From assembly GCF_964188315.1 (NCBI RefSeq), contig NC_135671.1:14508001-14572000 (forward strand): a stretch of 64,000 nt of DNA, written 5' to 3'. A program made the position numbers and the translations under genes. The notes beneath the pieces were generated by a model. That model saw only the letters and a list, made by a program, of their open reading frames with translations, did not search any database and was not told where the DNA came from. The DNA comes from Podarcis muralis. Taxonomy: Eukaryota. Shown in pieces: positions 1 to 12,651 of this stretch; the stretch's first letter is position 1; each line of letters opens with the position of its first letter.

Positions 1-1489
1 AAACAAGTCTGCTTGGTGCAGTTTCCAGAACTGACCTTTGAGCGGGTGCAATGTAACCTATTGTGCAAGTGTTGCAATCAGTGCTCCACCCCACCCACTT
101 TTGCCTCTGGCCCTGACTACCACTGACGTGTCTCCCCTGGAAGGTGGCCCATCAGGGAATGCAGACCTTGGGCTGTTTATAATTCCCTACCCCTGCCATC
201 ACCATCACCGCCACCCTTAGTTTAGGTCTCACTTTCCAGAACTGACGTTTTGAAGCATGTGACAAGAATGGCCCCTAAACAGAAAGCAGCCATTTGATAA
301 CCAAAAGCAAAATCCATAAACAGTTTCAAAATGTTTAAACAGCTGCCTGCATTAGGTGGGAGCTGTTGAGAGGAGCGGGGATGGAACTAAGGTGTTGAGT
401 GGCTGACCTTTGAGTGCCCCACAGCCTGCCTCACACACGCTAAACTTCATACACTGCCCTCAGATGTAATGTAAAAATGTTGTCCTGTTGTCAACATTGA
501 GGTAAGATTCAACTGCCAATCTGGTCAGCTTTTGTACCTGGAATGGGGAACGGCACCATCTTGTCACTTGCCTCATGAAACAGAATGTTTAGAAAGAGCT
601 CTAATGCCATGTGTGCAGTTCTCTAGATTGACATTCCTCCCAAGGCTCCCAGCTTCCCTCTAAACAGAGTGTACTAGCAAGGGATCCTCAATAAAGGATA
701 AGATCCTAGCAGCAAAGGGAACCCTGATGCATAAACAAAAGATAATGAGGAATGATGAGCCAATGCTAGCATTCCAGAACTCTATCCCTCCGGCAGCTCA
801 GACAGTCTGCATCTTTCATTTCTTTTTGAATGTCCAAAATAGGGGTTGCCAATGTGGTGCCTTCCATAAGTTTTGATCTTCAGCTTCCATCATCCTTGAC
901 CCTTGGTCATGCTGGCTGTGGCTGATGGGAGCTGTAGTTCTACAACAACTGGAGAACACCATAACTGTCACCCCTGGTTAACTGAGAGATAAATCCTGTA
1001 GATCTTTCTACTGTCAGTAGTCCTCAGCAATGATGTCCTTGTTTCTCTCTTTTATGTCTAGAGAAGCATATGTCTCCTTCAGCCACCCTTGGGGCTCCAA
1101 TAAGAATTGTGCCGGTATATGCGAGGTCAGTTGGGTTAAGGTGGTTTTCTGTTTTTTTGCTGTGTAGTTTTGGAAGCAATCACTTTTGAACAAATCTGCA
1201 ATGTGCTGCTGCTGCTGACACGGCAATAGAGGTGCTCCAGCAATATGAACAGCATCCTCAATTTGTCCCCGAAGTTAAAATAAGCATGCAAATGACTGTT
1301 GCTGATTTCTCACAGTCCCTTGAAGAATTAAGCAGCACCCCTTGGTTGGCTAAGTCCACAGGGCTGCATTTTTATTGAAACGGAGAGATAACTGGCTTTG
1401 AAATTGAAACCATAAAGCAGAGTGTGGCTCATACACCCCTCCACTTCCCCATTCTCAATAAAAGAAATGAGCCAGTTCTCATCAGAGTT

Positions 1490-1583
1490 TTATTCTGGCC
1501 TCAAAATTGGGATGGAAGGCTGTTTGCAGCATTCACCAAACTCCAGCTTCAATTCATCTTCCTGATAGGAAGAAAAGTTCATC
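1490..1583 (-). CDS. Candidate terminal coding exon of unknown gene (MNFSSYQEDELKLEFGECCKQPSIPILRPE*)
   Basis: Acceptor atttctcccgtatccctag|G; TAA overlaps AATAAA; phase fits the 2862-2949 exon. No homology recognised. Confidence 0.2.
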
Positions 1584-2001
1584 CTAGGGATACGGGAGAA
1601 ATTCTATTCAGTTTGCATTTGAAGGCACACCTGTTTAATACATGCTTTCAGAAACAATATGTGAACTGGGAAAATATTTGGAAATCTGTAATGCTCAAAA
1701 GTTTGCAGTGCAGCTAAGTTATGTGGACAAAATGCACATACTGGGGTGAAGTGTGCATAACAGTACACCTTAGTGAAAGTAACACTACAATGCATTATAT
1801 TAGATAAATTGTTTTGCAAAAAAAAGTGCATATTAGGCAAAATTGCAAACAAGCGTGTATATCAGGAGAAAATCATTGCTGTTATTTTTTTTAAAAAATC
1901 ACAAACTAACATAGAAATGTGGAGAAATGAAGTTTGGGGAAATGAGAACCCCCTCCCTCCTAACCATGGAGAAATTGTTCTCTGCACACACCTTCATAAA
2001 A

Positions 2002-2350
2002 AAGGTAAAGGGACCCCTGACCATTAGGTCCAGTCGTGACCGACTCTGGGGTTGCGGCGCTCATCTCGCTTTATTGGCCAAGGCAGCCGGCGTACAGCTT
2101 CCAGGTCATGTAGCCAGCATGACTAAGCCGCTTCTGGCGAACCAGAGCAGTGCATGGAAACGCCGTTTACCTTCCTGCTGGAAAAGTACCTATTTATCTA
2201 CTTGAACTTTGAGGTGCTTTTGAACTGCTAGGTTGGCAGGAGCAGGGACCGAGCAACGGGAGCTCACCCCGTCGTGGGGATTCAAACCGCCGACCTTCTG
2301 ATCGGCAAGTCCTAGACTCTGTGGTTTAACCCACAGCGCCACCCGCGTCC
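2002..2350 (+). mobile_element. Sauria SINE (Squam1), full length
   Basis: Starts aaggtaaagggacccctgaccattaggtccagtcgtgaccgac and ends cacccgcgtcc. Perfect TSD acacaccttcataaaa at 1986-2001 and 2351-2366. Confidence 0.93.
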
Positions 2351-2861
2351 ACACACCTTCATAAAAGCTGCAAAAATCAGCCTGCACTTTTGCAGAGGGA
2401 GAACGTTTGCAGGAAATAGTGGTGGGAATGGAAGAGATTTTTAGTACTTTTGTGTTTCTGCATATTCAGAAGCATGTTTAAGAATAGGCATGATTCCTCA
2501 TTCTGATTCCCACAGTGCAAATGTTCTTCAGCTTGTTCCTACAGCAGATCTAGCTGCTTTGCCCCCATGTCCTCCACCCTACTGTGTAAGCATTCTGGTC
2601 TCAAAAAGGCCTTGCTGCTGGTTATCCAGCTTTCTTCATTCTCTGTGCCTGGCCATCCATTGATATCTCCTCTTGGGCTTACCGCTGAAGCATTTCTTGT
2701 CAATTCCCCTTGACCCGGAACGCAGCATTTTTGTTGCCGTCATGAAACTGATCAATAGCATTTGGAATAAAGCAATGGCTTCTAACCTCCCTCTTCCATC
2801 ACCTCATTCTGCGATGTTGTAGAATTTATCAGCAAACTGGCCATAGGCCTCCTCCACTCAC

Positions 2862-2949
2862 TGTACCGCAACATGCGCGGTTTCATTTTTGGTCTGTTGT
2901 GAAATGATCTTCCTGTTGTCACTGATGAGGTCGGGAAGGATCCTCCATC
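2862..2949 (-). CDS. Candidate internal exon (GWRILPDLISDNRKIISQQTKNETAHVAV); alternative distal donor at 2683
   Basis: Acceptor tctgacatttcacag|; donors CA|gtgagt and CG|gtaagc; locally CpG-retaining. No homology recognised. Confidence 0.27.
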
Positions 2950-3591
2950 CTGTGAAATGTCAGAGTGAATGAAGCTTGGAAAATGGGAGTGTATCTTTTA
3001 GCTGGTGATTTTTGTTTTCTGCAGTGTCGCTTTCTAGGCAAGATCTATTGCCCACACACTCCATAGGCTTTCTTTTTCTTAGGGAAAGGTTAGAAACTCA
3101 ATTGTCCCACATATGAAACCTTGTTGGGCTGTGAGCCACTTAGTTTCATCAGTTTCTTCTTTGTGGGCCATCAAAGGAGTATATAGGAAGCTGACTTGTA
3201 CCATGTTGGATTATTGGTTCATCTAGCCTGATATTGTCTACGCGCTGAGTGGTAACAGATACCCTAGATCTTTTCTAAGCTCAGCACATGACAAACTAGG
3301 ACAAGTGCTGAGATCCAGAGGCCCTGGTAAAGGCCACCTTCACTGCCACTGAACTGTTACCCATGTTAGTTACTGTTACCCATGTTAGTAGTTTTTTCTC
3401 TCTTCACCTTCTGATAAAGTAGACTTTGAATATGGCTCTTTATTTGCAAGATGGCAACTATTAACAAGCAGTATTATTTATGCACACCAAGCCCAACATA
3501 ATGTGTTTCTCTCCCTTGAGCCCAAGAGAGGGTCTTCTTGCTTCCAAAACTCATTCGTAGCAGTGCATAGGTTATCAGTCCATAGCTTGTC

Positions 3592-3780
3592 TGTCTTCTA
3601 AAGGTTATATAGTTACTTAACTCCTTGGCTCGGGAGGTCACATAACTCCATACCATCCAACATTTCTGCAATGAAAATAGGGACATCCCCAGGAAAAGTG
3701 GGACATTTCGGGATCAAATCAGAAATCAGGATGACTTTTGTAAATCTGGGACTGCCCCAGGAAAATAGGGACACTTGGGG
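3592..3780 (+). mobile_element. 3' part of composite hAT-like MITE (gggac-motif family)
   Basis: Aligns by eye with 13585-13776 and 33930-34092, including aaaatagggacatcc...gggatcaaatcagaaa...gaaaatagggacacttgg. Confidence 0.75.
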
Positions 3781-4871
3781 GAAGGGGTCTGTGGTTATCA
3801 GGCACTTGAGAACTGCAGCTCAAGGGAGACTTTCAGCCCTATGATCCAGTTTAGGGCTAACAAAGCGCTTTCCATCAGAGTGCAGAGGAAGAGGATGAAA
3901 ATTAACCTGCTATCTCTGCTGCTGTTGTATTTTTTAACAACTGCCCTCAGAATGTGTCAGAGAGTGGCTGGGGCATGTGAGAGATCACCCACTGCAGGCT
4001 ACAAAATCTGACTGCTATTTCCTGCAATTGGCACTCCCGAGGAATTGGCTGTTTGCTATATTATTTATTAACACCTGACTGTACTGGAAGGTTTAATCAT
4101 ATCAGACTCTGGTTTATATATTTTAACAACAAATAAATAATATTGCTTGAAATGGCTTTTAATGATTGATGTGGCCTGTTTGGTGTCATTGGGGGCTGCA
4201 AGCATTGCTGTTGAGTTTTCTAGAGTTTCTCAGAAGCCTGAGTTGACTCGCTGGATGAATCTGATTTCTTTCTTTCTTTCTTTTTGGAGCTGTTCCCTCT
4301 CCTTTTCCTTGCTGCATCTTTATTTGTTTCAGCCTTGTGGTATTTTGTAACATTTGGGAAGTTTGTGAATATTCCAAATAAATAAATGTTTATGTGATCA
4401 AAACTGAATTGCTTATTTGTTAGGTTACAAAATGCATTAGGAGTGGACTGTTTACTGCAGGGGTAACCTATGTGAGGACCTCTAGATATTGTGGACTCCA
4501 GCTCCCAACAGCCCCAACCAGCATGACCCATGGACAGGAATAGTGGGAGCTGAATTCCAATGTCATCTGAAGGGCATTTTGTAATGGAACACTCCTGCAG
4601 GGCCCATGGCCTCATCCAGCAACTGGAACAGCTATGCAGCTTTCCTGGGAAGGGGTCCTGGTGTTCTGGGACTCACAGCTGCTCTCTTGTGAGCACCCGG
4701 TCTTAGCAGAGTACAGCAGCACAGACGGAGGTGAGGTGGTATCTGTGCATACCTACTTTATATCTACTAATTACCGATTAAAGAACATAACAAACACATA
4801 TGAGAGGAGCAGCCCTCATACAGACATCCTGTCTCATCACAAGACAGAGTGGGGGGGGGAGTACAATAGTA

Positions 4872-5124
4872 CAGTCATACCTCGGGTTACAGACTCTTCA
4901 GGTTGTGCATTTTCGGGTTACGGATGCACCAAAACCCGGAAGTACCAGAAGGGGTTACTTCCGGGTTTCGGCACTCGCGTATGCACTAAATCACATTTTG
5001 CGCATGTGCAGAAGCGCAGAATTGCAACCTGTGCGTGTGCAGACGTGGCGCTGTGGGTTGCGGACACTGCGGGTTGTGAATGTGCCTCCCGCACGGATCA
5101 CGTTCGCAACCCGAGCATTCACTG
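4872..5124. mobile_element. Tc1/mariner (pogo/Tigger-type) MITE
   Basis: Termini ta|cagtcatacctcgggtt ... aacccgagcattcactg|ta, with TA TSD and a palindromic, CpG-rich interior. Confidence 0.8.
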
Positions 5125-6018
5125 TAGCAGAGATGGAAGTCACACAGACAGGCTTCCTTTCTCATGGAACAGAAAGTAAACAATAGGATCAGATGATCCT
5201 TGCAATGGGAGGAGTGAAATCCCAACATCTTGTTGTCCATTGTTTCATTGCTGTTCTTGCGTTGTGAGCTGCCAAGGGCACTTTATTGTCAGAAAGTGGC
5301 ATGCAAATTGTAGTTATCTTCATCATAATCATCTGTGTGGCAATGCAGCTGTATACGTGTCTACTCAAAAGTAAATGTCATTGAATTCAGTGGGACTTAC
5401 TCCCAGGTAAGTGTATACAGGAGCACAGCCTAAACCACACTGCTCCTTTTTGTCTGTAGAGAACAAGGAAAATCCATTATTTTTCGACTAGTCTTCCATC
5501 TCCATTACTGGTTCAGAGGATTTAGATAACAGGAAGCCATCCCAGATAGGGAAACAATAGAAATTATGTCATTATAACATCAAGGACATCAAGGCAATAT
5601 TTCGTATCTCATATTCAGACTGTAAATATTGCAGTAGGATACCCTACCTGGGAGAAAATCATTAACACATTGGACAGTGTCCACTATAATTATAGCAAGA
5701 CAGATTTATTTAGCTCCCAACGAAGATTTATATAGCTCCCAACTATTTTAATGACTCAATTTAAGTTGAGATGAAACCAAGTTGTTCTGCTATCACCAAC
5801 TGCTGAATTTTCAGTTGTCAAAGTGATGTCATATTTTCATATTTTGAGCATACTTACGTTAAACATTCAAGGACTGTGGCATATCTTACACTAATTGAGG
5901 AATGGATCAATTCAGGAGCAGAGTTATTGCAGTCATGCTAAAAATATTCTGACTATTTTGGATACGTTTGGGACTAACTGACTGGTTGGCATCCTTCTGT
6001 CTCAGGAGACAATGGAAT

Positions 6019-6282
6019 CAGTGGCGGAGGAATCCTCTCCGGCACCTGGGATGGGACACCAAGGGGCAGGGCAAACTGCCCAGCAGTACGGGCATGACGT
6101 CCATACGGACTGCGCACGCATGGCAGCCCGTACGTTCGCCATATGAGAGGTAGCCCATACTGACTGCGCACGTGCCCTCGGCTGCTCTACAGCTGGAGGG
6201 AGGCACTGGGCCATCTTGTCACCCTCCCAGAGTGCTACCAGGGGTGGCCCGCCTCCTCCAACTCCCCCTTCATACGCCTCTG
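6019..6282. mobile_element. hAT-type MITE
   Basis: Imperfect TIR cagtggcgga.../...tacgcctctg. Perfect 8-bp TSD aatggaat at 6011-6018 and 6283-6290. Confidence 0.85.
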
Positions 6283-7219
6283 AATGGAATGGAGACTGTG
6301 GGTGAATTCTGATTCACACACAGAGAGACAGGTTCAGCTGAACACACACACACACACACACACGGGTTCATTTTACCAACAGATCTGTGTAGAACATTAT
6401 TGTTAAATTTTGATTACATTCTTCCGGACTCACAAGGGTCACATCTAATTGTAAATGTTCAAATTTTAGGGTGGAATGTTTCATTGGTGATTATATACTA
6501 TGGATAAGTTAATTAATCAATTAATTGGTTAAATGCAACACAGTTTTATTGGCTAAACACTATACTGCCTTAATTAAACCTCTCGAAAAGACATTCAGTG
6601 CAGAAATGCAGTTAAATAAACAACCACTATATTTGGCTTCCTGTTTCAATGTAGAGAACATGGTTAAATAAATGTGTGTGTGTTTTTTGGCATCCTAATT
6701 GTGTCTTCTGCCTAATTTCCCAAAATTACAGAGCCGTACTATATGGCAATTATGTTAGGGGCAGGGGAATGTTCACTGCCCCTTCGCTAGTGCAATGACC
6801 ACCATATGCCCGGCACGTAAAGTGGAACACACACAACTAGAATATCCTCAAATAGTTGTGGGCTGGGGAGGCAACCATGTCCTCAGTGTCCATCAAAACA
6901 CCACCAACCTCCACCCATCAGGGACTATCCTGGTGAACATGCCCACACATGGAGAAAACCAATAAACTCACAGCAATGATTGCATACCTGTGATGTCACA
7001 TCCCTTAAAATGGAGCACACACAGCAATTCTTCAGGACTCTCACTCACTCATCTCCAGTGTCACAGCCAGCAACAACCCCAAGCAGGGTATTTGAGCCTC
7101 ATTGCACCTCACACAAGCATGTTTGGGGGCAGAACACACAAAGGAAAGGAAGGAAAGGATACACAGTGCAGCGCTCACATAGGTCCCCTGGCACAACAGC
7201 TGTATCATGGGGGGGGGGG

Positions 7220-7223
<4 letters not shown>

Positions 7224-7265
<42 letters not shown>
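7224..7265. repeat. (GT)n microsatellite
   Basis: Direct reading; preceded by a poly-G run. Confidence 0.95.
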
Positions 7266-7266
<1 letters not shown>

Positions 7267-7822
7267 TCTGCAAGTGTATCTGAGCAGCTGGCACCAGTGC
7301 ATTTGCGGAGAAGCATTCTATGTGATGTTTCAGCAGTGTAGCCAGGCTTTTGCCATAACGTTTAGCCTTTCTGCTGTCATATTTCAAGTCTAGGATAGCA
7401 CCCATAATATATAGTCAGTACAATTTTAACTTACTGATCATGAATGAAAGAAAAGGCTTTGATGCAACCCAATGACATCATTAGAACCACCATATAAAAC
7501 TGTTGTAGGTTCATACCCATAATCTTGAGCTTTTCAACTAGACCTTATTATTTCACGAAAAATTATGCCCCCATAAGGGACGCAATTTGTATTGCAACAA
7601 TAAGAGAGAGAAACACAGGCTTTTGAAAATTCCTAACAGGTCTTTTGAGTTTGATAACCAAACACTCAAAAAGTAGAGCTGGGACACCATTTTGACAAAA
7701 TGTGATGGTTCTGTTTGTTTTTTCAATATCCGAATGTGACCATGCATTTTGATTATCAGCTTTTTTTTTTTTTTTTGGAATCTGAAAGAATGTGACTTTG
7801 ACATAATGCTTTGAATACTCAC

Positions 7823-7841
7823 CTGTTGAAGAGAATGTACT
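7823..7841 (-). other. Candidate 19-nt microexon
   Basis: cattcattcattcag|AGTACATTCTCTTCAACAG|gtgagt, with a near-consensus donor. Confidence 0.33.
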
Positions 7842-9741
7842 CTGAATGAATGAATGAATGAGTGAGTGAGTGAGTGAAGCTTGTACAAAACGTACTGTAT
7901 GTCACTGTAAGTCAGATGTCAGCTACTGTCAGATGTTGGCTTGCACATGTCAGAGATAGCTGACTGCTCCGGCATGTAAGAAATAATATACCATAACCCA
8001 TGGATCGTTATGTCACATACTGCCAAATATTGATTGCTACCGAACATCATCGTCTTTCAAATGTTGATGCAAAGTATTCATTCAGAGACTAACCCAGAGG
8101 GTATTCACTATGAAAAATTGCAGAGAAAATTCATGTCAGGTCTACCAAAAAGTAGATACAGAATGGTGGGCAAGTTATTTAAGGAAGCCACATAAGCCTG
8201 TATTAGACTTCTGCATCCCCCATCACCAAATCACGTTCCTCTATTTAATCAGCTGTTCCATATGAATACAACCATAATTCTGAATGACACTGAATGACAA
8301 TGATTCTGAATGATTCTGAATAATTCTAGAGAAACTGCTCCCTTGTTCTCAACTGGTCTTTACAGGAAGTAGCCTGTTTTTCGTTTGTTGGTTTGTTTTG
8401 TTTTGTTTCAGGCATAATTCTTATGATTCTGATGGTCTGGGACTTTGGGAATTCCATGTGTTCTGCCACATTACACAGGGAATTACCTTATCCTGAGTCA
8501 AACCATTGGTCCATCTAGATCAGTATTGCCAGCAATCATTCCTGCGTTGCATTGCAGGGGGTTGGACTAGATGGCACTCAGGTCCTTTCCAACTCTACAG
8601 TTTTGTGATTCCATGACAGACAATGATTCTCCAGGGTTTCAGGCAAGGAGCATTACCAGTCCTACCTGGAGAGGCCAGGGATGCCAGGGAACCTGGGACC
8701 TTTTGCATGCTATGGCCCTTACTCATCTTGCCAGGTAGTGGGCAGCATTTGTTGCAAATGAAAAAGAGCCACACATTCCGTCTATACGTTCAAAACTACA
8801 TTTGCTAGAAGGCTACGAGAATGGCTTATTTAGAGATGCGAGAGATTCACCAGACAGCACATCACTCACAGCTGTGGCAATTGGCGGAGACGTGAAAGAT
8901 ACTCTCTGTACAAAAGTAGTGGCAGCTGACAGCAGTTACAGTAGGAGGTAGACAGACAGAATGAGCATGGGAGATGAGAGCATAAAGGAAACGAAGTCTA
9001 GAATCCTGGGAGATAAAATAAATCATAACAATTGGGGTAAATCAATAGAGTACAAGAATAAGTACTCGCTTGTCTTGGATACGAATGCACAGGGATATGG
9101 CTTCTCTAATAGAGCTGTCATGCAGCATCAATTACGCTATGCCTGTGTGTGCCTGTCAAAATTTGGGAAGGCTTCCTGGCAGTTGTACATTTCACAGAGA
9201 TGCATCATGCCACATGGTTTCATCTGGGGGAATGTGCAGGTGTTGCTTCTACCCAGACATTTGATCCATTGGGAAACTCAACCGTTAGCGAATGCTCAGC
9301 CTACATCATTGGTTACAATCTGATGTCCTCCAGATAATGGGTTGCAACACATGTGGACAAATCCTATGCATGATTACTTGGGGAGTATGTCCCACTTAAT
9401 CTAATGGGACCTAGACCCAGACTAGAGCATGTATTTTTGACGCATGACAGTCTCTCCCAGGCTTGTTCTTTTTAATTTAAACCACGAGTGGCAGGAGTTG
9501 TAATGGATTGGGACCATGGCACATAGGGAAGGGAGTTGACTTTTCTGGTCTGCACTGTTTTCCCAGTTAAAACTGCACACAGAGACAGGTATGTTCACCA
9601 AAGGCATCATTAAGTACTAGAGGATATTTAGCAGGAAAACAGTATGGATGAAAAGTTCAGCCCCTCTCCACACTCCAGGTTCTCAGTTCTTGTTATTATT
9701 GTTGTTGTTGTTAATTGGAGAATCATTTATATGGTAAATAT

Positions 9742-10097
9742 AAGGTAAAGGTAAAGGGACCCCTGGCCATTAGGTCCAGTCGTGACCAACTCTGGGGTTG
9801 CGGTGCTCATCTTGCTTTATTGGCCGAGGGAGCCGGCGTACAGCTTCCAGGTCATGTGGCCAGCATGACTAAGCCACTTCTGGCGAACCAGAGCAGCGCA
9901 TGGAAATGTCATTTACCTTCCCGCCGAAGCGGTACCTATTTATCTACTTGCACTTTGACGTGCTTTCGAACTGCTAGGTTGGCAGGAACAGGGACCGAGC
10001 AACGAGAGCTCACCCTGTCGTAGGGATTCGAACCGTCGACCTTCTGAGTGGCAAGTCCTTGGCTCTGTGGTTTAACCCACAGTGCCACCCACGTCCC
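9742..10097 (+). mobile_element. Sauria SINE (Squam1), full length
   Basis: Collinear with the 2002-2350 copy from aaggtaaagggacccctg to cacccacgtccc. Confidence 0.93.
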
Positions 10098-10283
10098 TAA
10101 TCTATTCTAAATCTCACTCTCAGCTGCAAAGGAGTGAGGAGACCCTTGTGAGCTAATTTGCTAGATCAATTTATTTATAATATTTTTTACGGAACAAGTT
10201 TCTACCAGTTAAATTAAACACCCCAACACACCCACACCACAAAAAGCACAAGGAGCAGGTGCCATCTGAAAAAGAGCTATCCC

Positions 10284-10419
10284 CAGGGCTTTTTCCCAAT
10301 GGGAATGTACCAGAACTCAGTTCTGGCACCTCTTTGGTGGGTGCCATTGCCATTATAAGAGAACAAGGGAGGTGTTCATGGTGAGTTCCGGAACCTCTTT
10401 TTCTACAAAAATAGCACTG
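10284..10419. mobile_element. Short hAT MITE (136 bp)
   Basis: TIR cagggcttttt / aaaatagcactg. 8-bp TSD gctatccc vs gttattcc (6/8 identical). Confidence 0.75.
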
Positions 10420-11442
10420 GTTATTCCTCCCCCCACCCCAACTGCTCTCAATAGAAAGGTTAAGCTGAGTTTGACAGTGATTTGCTCATCTGCTCAACAT
10501 TATACTTGATCAGAGATTTGAACCCTGGTCTCCTTGGTCCAAGAACTAGGTGCTGCCTGTCACACTGCCCTTGTTTTTCACAGAATGAGCATTTATTTAA
10601 AAATCACATTTGACTTCTGTGTGGGTCCAAATGTGAATGAATAAATAAATGTGGTAGTATGCAACTAATTTTAGGGTCTGTTTCCATCAGGTATGCTTAG
10701 CACCAGTAGCAGTACTGATTAATTTCAAAGAAGCTTATTCCCCAATTCTAAAATAAAAATGCAAAACAAAACAAAATTCAGGTACACCTTTGTGCTTAAC
10801 ATGCTTTTCAAAAAGCAGAAAATGCAAGGAATCAGCAGTTTTGTTTATGCAGAATCCACCTGGAATGGCAAAATACTCATTAGGTTTACGTCAATAGTGC
10901 TCAGCATTTTGATCAATATTTCAAACAGTTGTGCAGCTGTAATGGCACCAATTGCTGTATCTGTTAGTCTTTGTGGAAGATTCATTCACTTGGGTGCTCC
11001 TAACTCACTCATGTGAATTGTTCAAGAAAGTTATTAACAGGGTTTTTGGACTTTCTGTAATTGTGTCAGTGGTGTCTCATTGTAATTTAGGTCACTCGCT
11101 AGTCCTTTCTGCCATTTATAAATATGCTTCTCCATTTTCTTATCAGTCAAGTCTAATTATGTGTCCTAAATTTTATACTGTGGGGGAAGAGAATAGGATG
11201 AGAAAAAGAGAGACTGGGGCTTTGTGCCAAATTACACTGCTGTGCCTTTTGCTGTTTGGGGGCAGTGATGAGCAGAAACGTTATGATCCATTCCAGAAAG
11301 GTTGTTGCAGCAAGGAATAAATGAATGAATGAATCCATTCTGCACCACACAAATGTCAGCTTGCAAAATGCGGCCTTGAATGTGGAATCTGTACCTGCTC
11401 TGTAGCCTTTTACACAGGAAGGAGTTCAGATATCTTTTTTTG

Positions 11443-11446
11443 TTAC

Positions 11447-11496
<50 letters not shown>
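11443..11496. repeat. (CA)n microsatellite
   Basis: Direct reading. Confidence 0.95.
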
Positions 11497-11497
<1 letters not shown>

Positions 11498-11693
11498 AGT
11501 AACTAGTAGAGAAGGTAGGAAGAAAACAGAACACATAAAACACAATATAATACATCAAGTACACTATATAATGTAAAATATAAAATGAGAAATATAAAAT
11601 AATGATATTAAAGTGGTAAAAACAACATTTTATAATTTCAGAATTAAGACAGGATCCTGTGCTGACAAGCTATTGCTAGCTACCTTGGCAGTA

Positions 11694-11935
11694 CAGTGGT
11701 ACCTCAGATTAAGAACTTAATTCGTTCCGGAGGTCCGTTCTTAACCTGAAACTGTTCTTAACCTGAGGTACCACTTTAGCCAATGGGGCCTCCCACTGCT
11801 GCTGTGCCGCTGCCGTGCGATTTCTGTTCTCATCCTGAAGCAAAGTTCTTAACCCGAGGTACTATTTCTGGGTTACCAGAGTCTGTAACCTGAAGCATCT
11901 GTAACCTGAAGCATCTGTAACCCGAGGCACCACTG
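11694..11935 (-). mobile_element. Tc1/mariner (pogo/Tigger-type) MITE, cagtggtacctc family
   Basis: Termini ta|cagtggtacctc ... gaggcaccactg|ta. Reverse complement of the copies at 14189 and 51137. Confidence 0.9.
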
Positions 11936-12587
11936 TAATCTCAAGGAACTGGTCAGCCAAGAGACAGTCAGTATAAAACACAAGGCTCTGGAGACTCTTG
12001 CACAGGAAAGAGTTCAGACATCATTCTCTCCTTGCTTTTGAAACTGGTGGATATGTGAGTGTGGTGGCACAGGTTTACACCAGGCTAGGGATTGTGGCAT
12101 AGCACAAAATGAATGCCAGATTTGAAAGTTCAGAGAAGAGACAGGACCACGCAGTGTTGTGGGCATAGCAAAAGGCATCTACTTCAGCCCCTGCTACACT
12201 CACTCACTCACTTACTCACTAACTCAAAGAAGCTCTTTGAACCTTTCCTCTCTTCAGAAGGGGTGGAAGAGTAGGCATCCAATCCTGGCATATAATGAAA
12301 TATCATAAGGTGGGGAGGCCATGTTCAATGTAGGGGAGGCCAAGACAGGGCAAGCCGGAACTGAGCAGGAGGAGTTAACCCTCAACACACCAGAGACCTT
12401 GGAGCATAAGAGGTGGGGCCTGCGTCACTTGGGGATACCCACAAATAGGGATGGACAGATCAGTCTTATTTCTGGTCTGTGTCTACAGTGCAAAACTGCA
12501 GACCCTCCAAGTGTCCCTATTTTCTAGCAACAGTCTGAGATTTACAGAAGCTGTCTCAGTTTCTGATTTGATGTCCGGCTTTTCCTT

Positions 12588-12651
12588 AAAGGTAAAGGTA
12601 AAGGGACCCCTGACCATTAGGTCCAGTCGTGGCCAACTCTGGGGTTGCGGC
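12588..12651 (+). mobile_element. Sauria SINE 5' fragment
   Basis: aaaggtaaaggtaaagggacccctgaccattaggtccagtcgtggccaactctggggttgcgg, then an abrupt break. Confidence 0.85.

Noticed and set aside
2683-2949. Selenoprotein exon with two in-frame UGA (Sec) codons
   Set aside because: The sequence resembles no vertebrate selenoprotein family I know, no SECIS was identified, and the first TGA is simply part of a gtgagt donor.
4634-5240. 181-aa and 128-aa ORFs
   Set aside because: They span a TA-flanked MITE and flanking DNA, with no domain or splice support.
10930-11110. Possible miRNA hairpin
   Set aside because: No mature miRNA I know matches, and I could not find a convincing 60-70-nt stem by eye; it would need RNAfold or miRBase.
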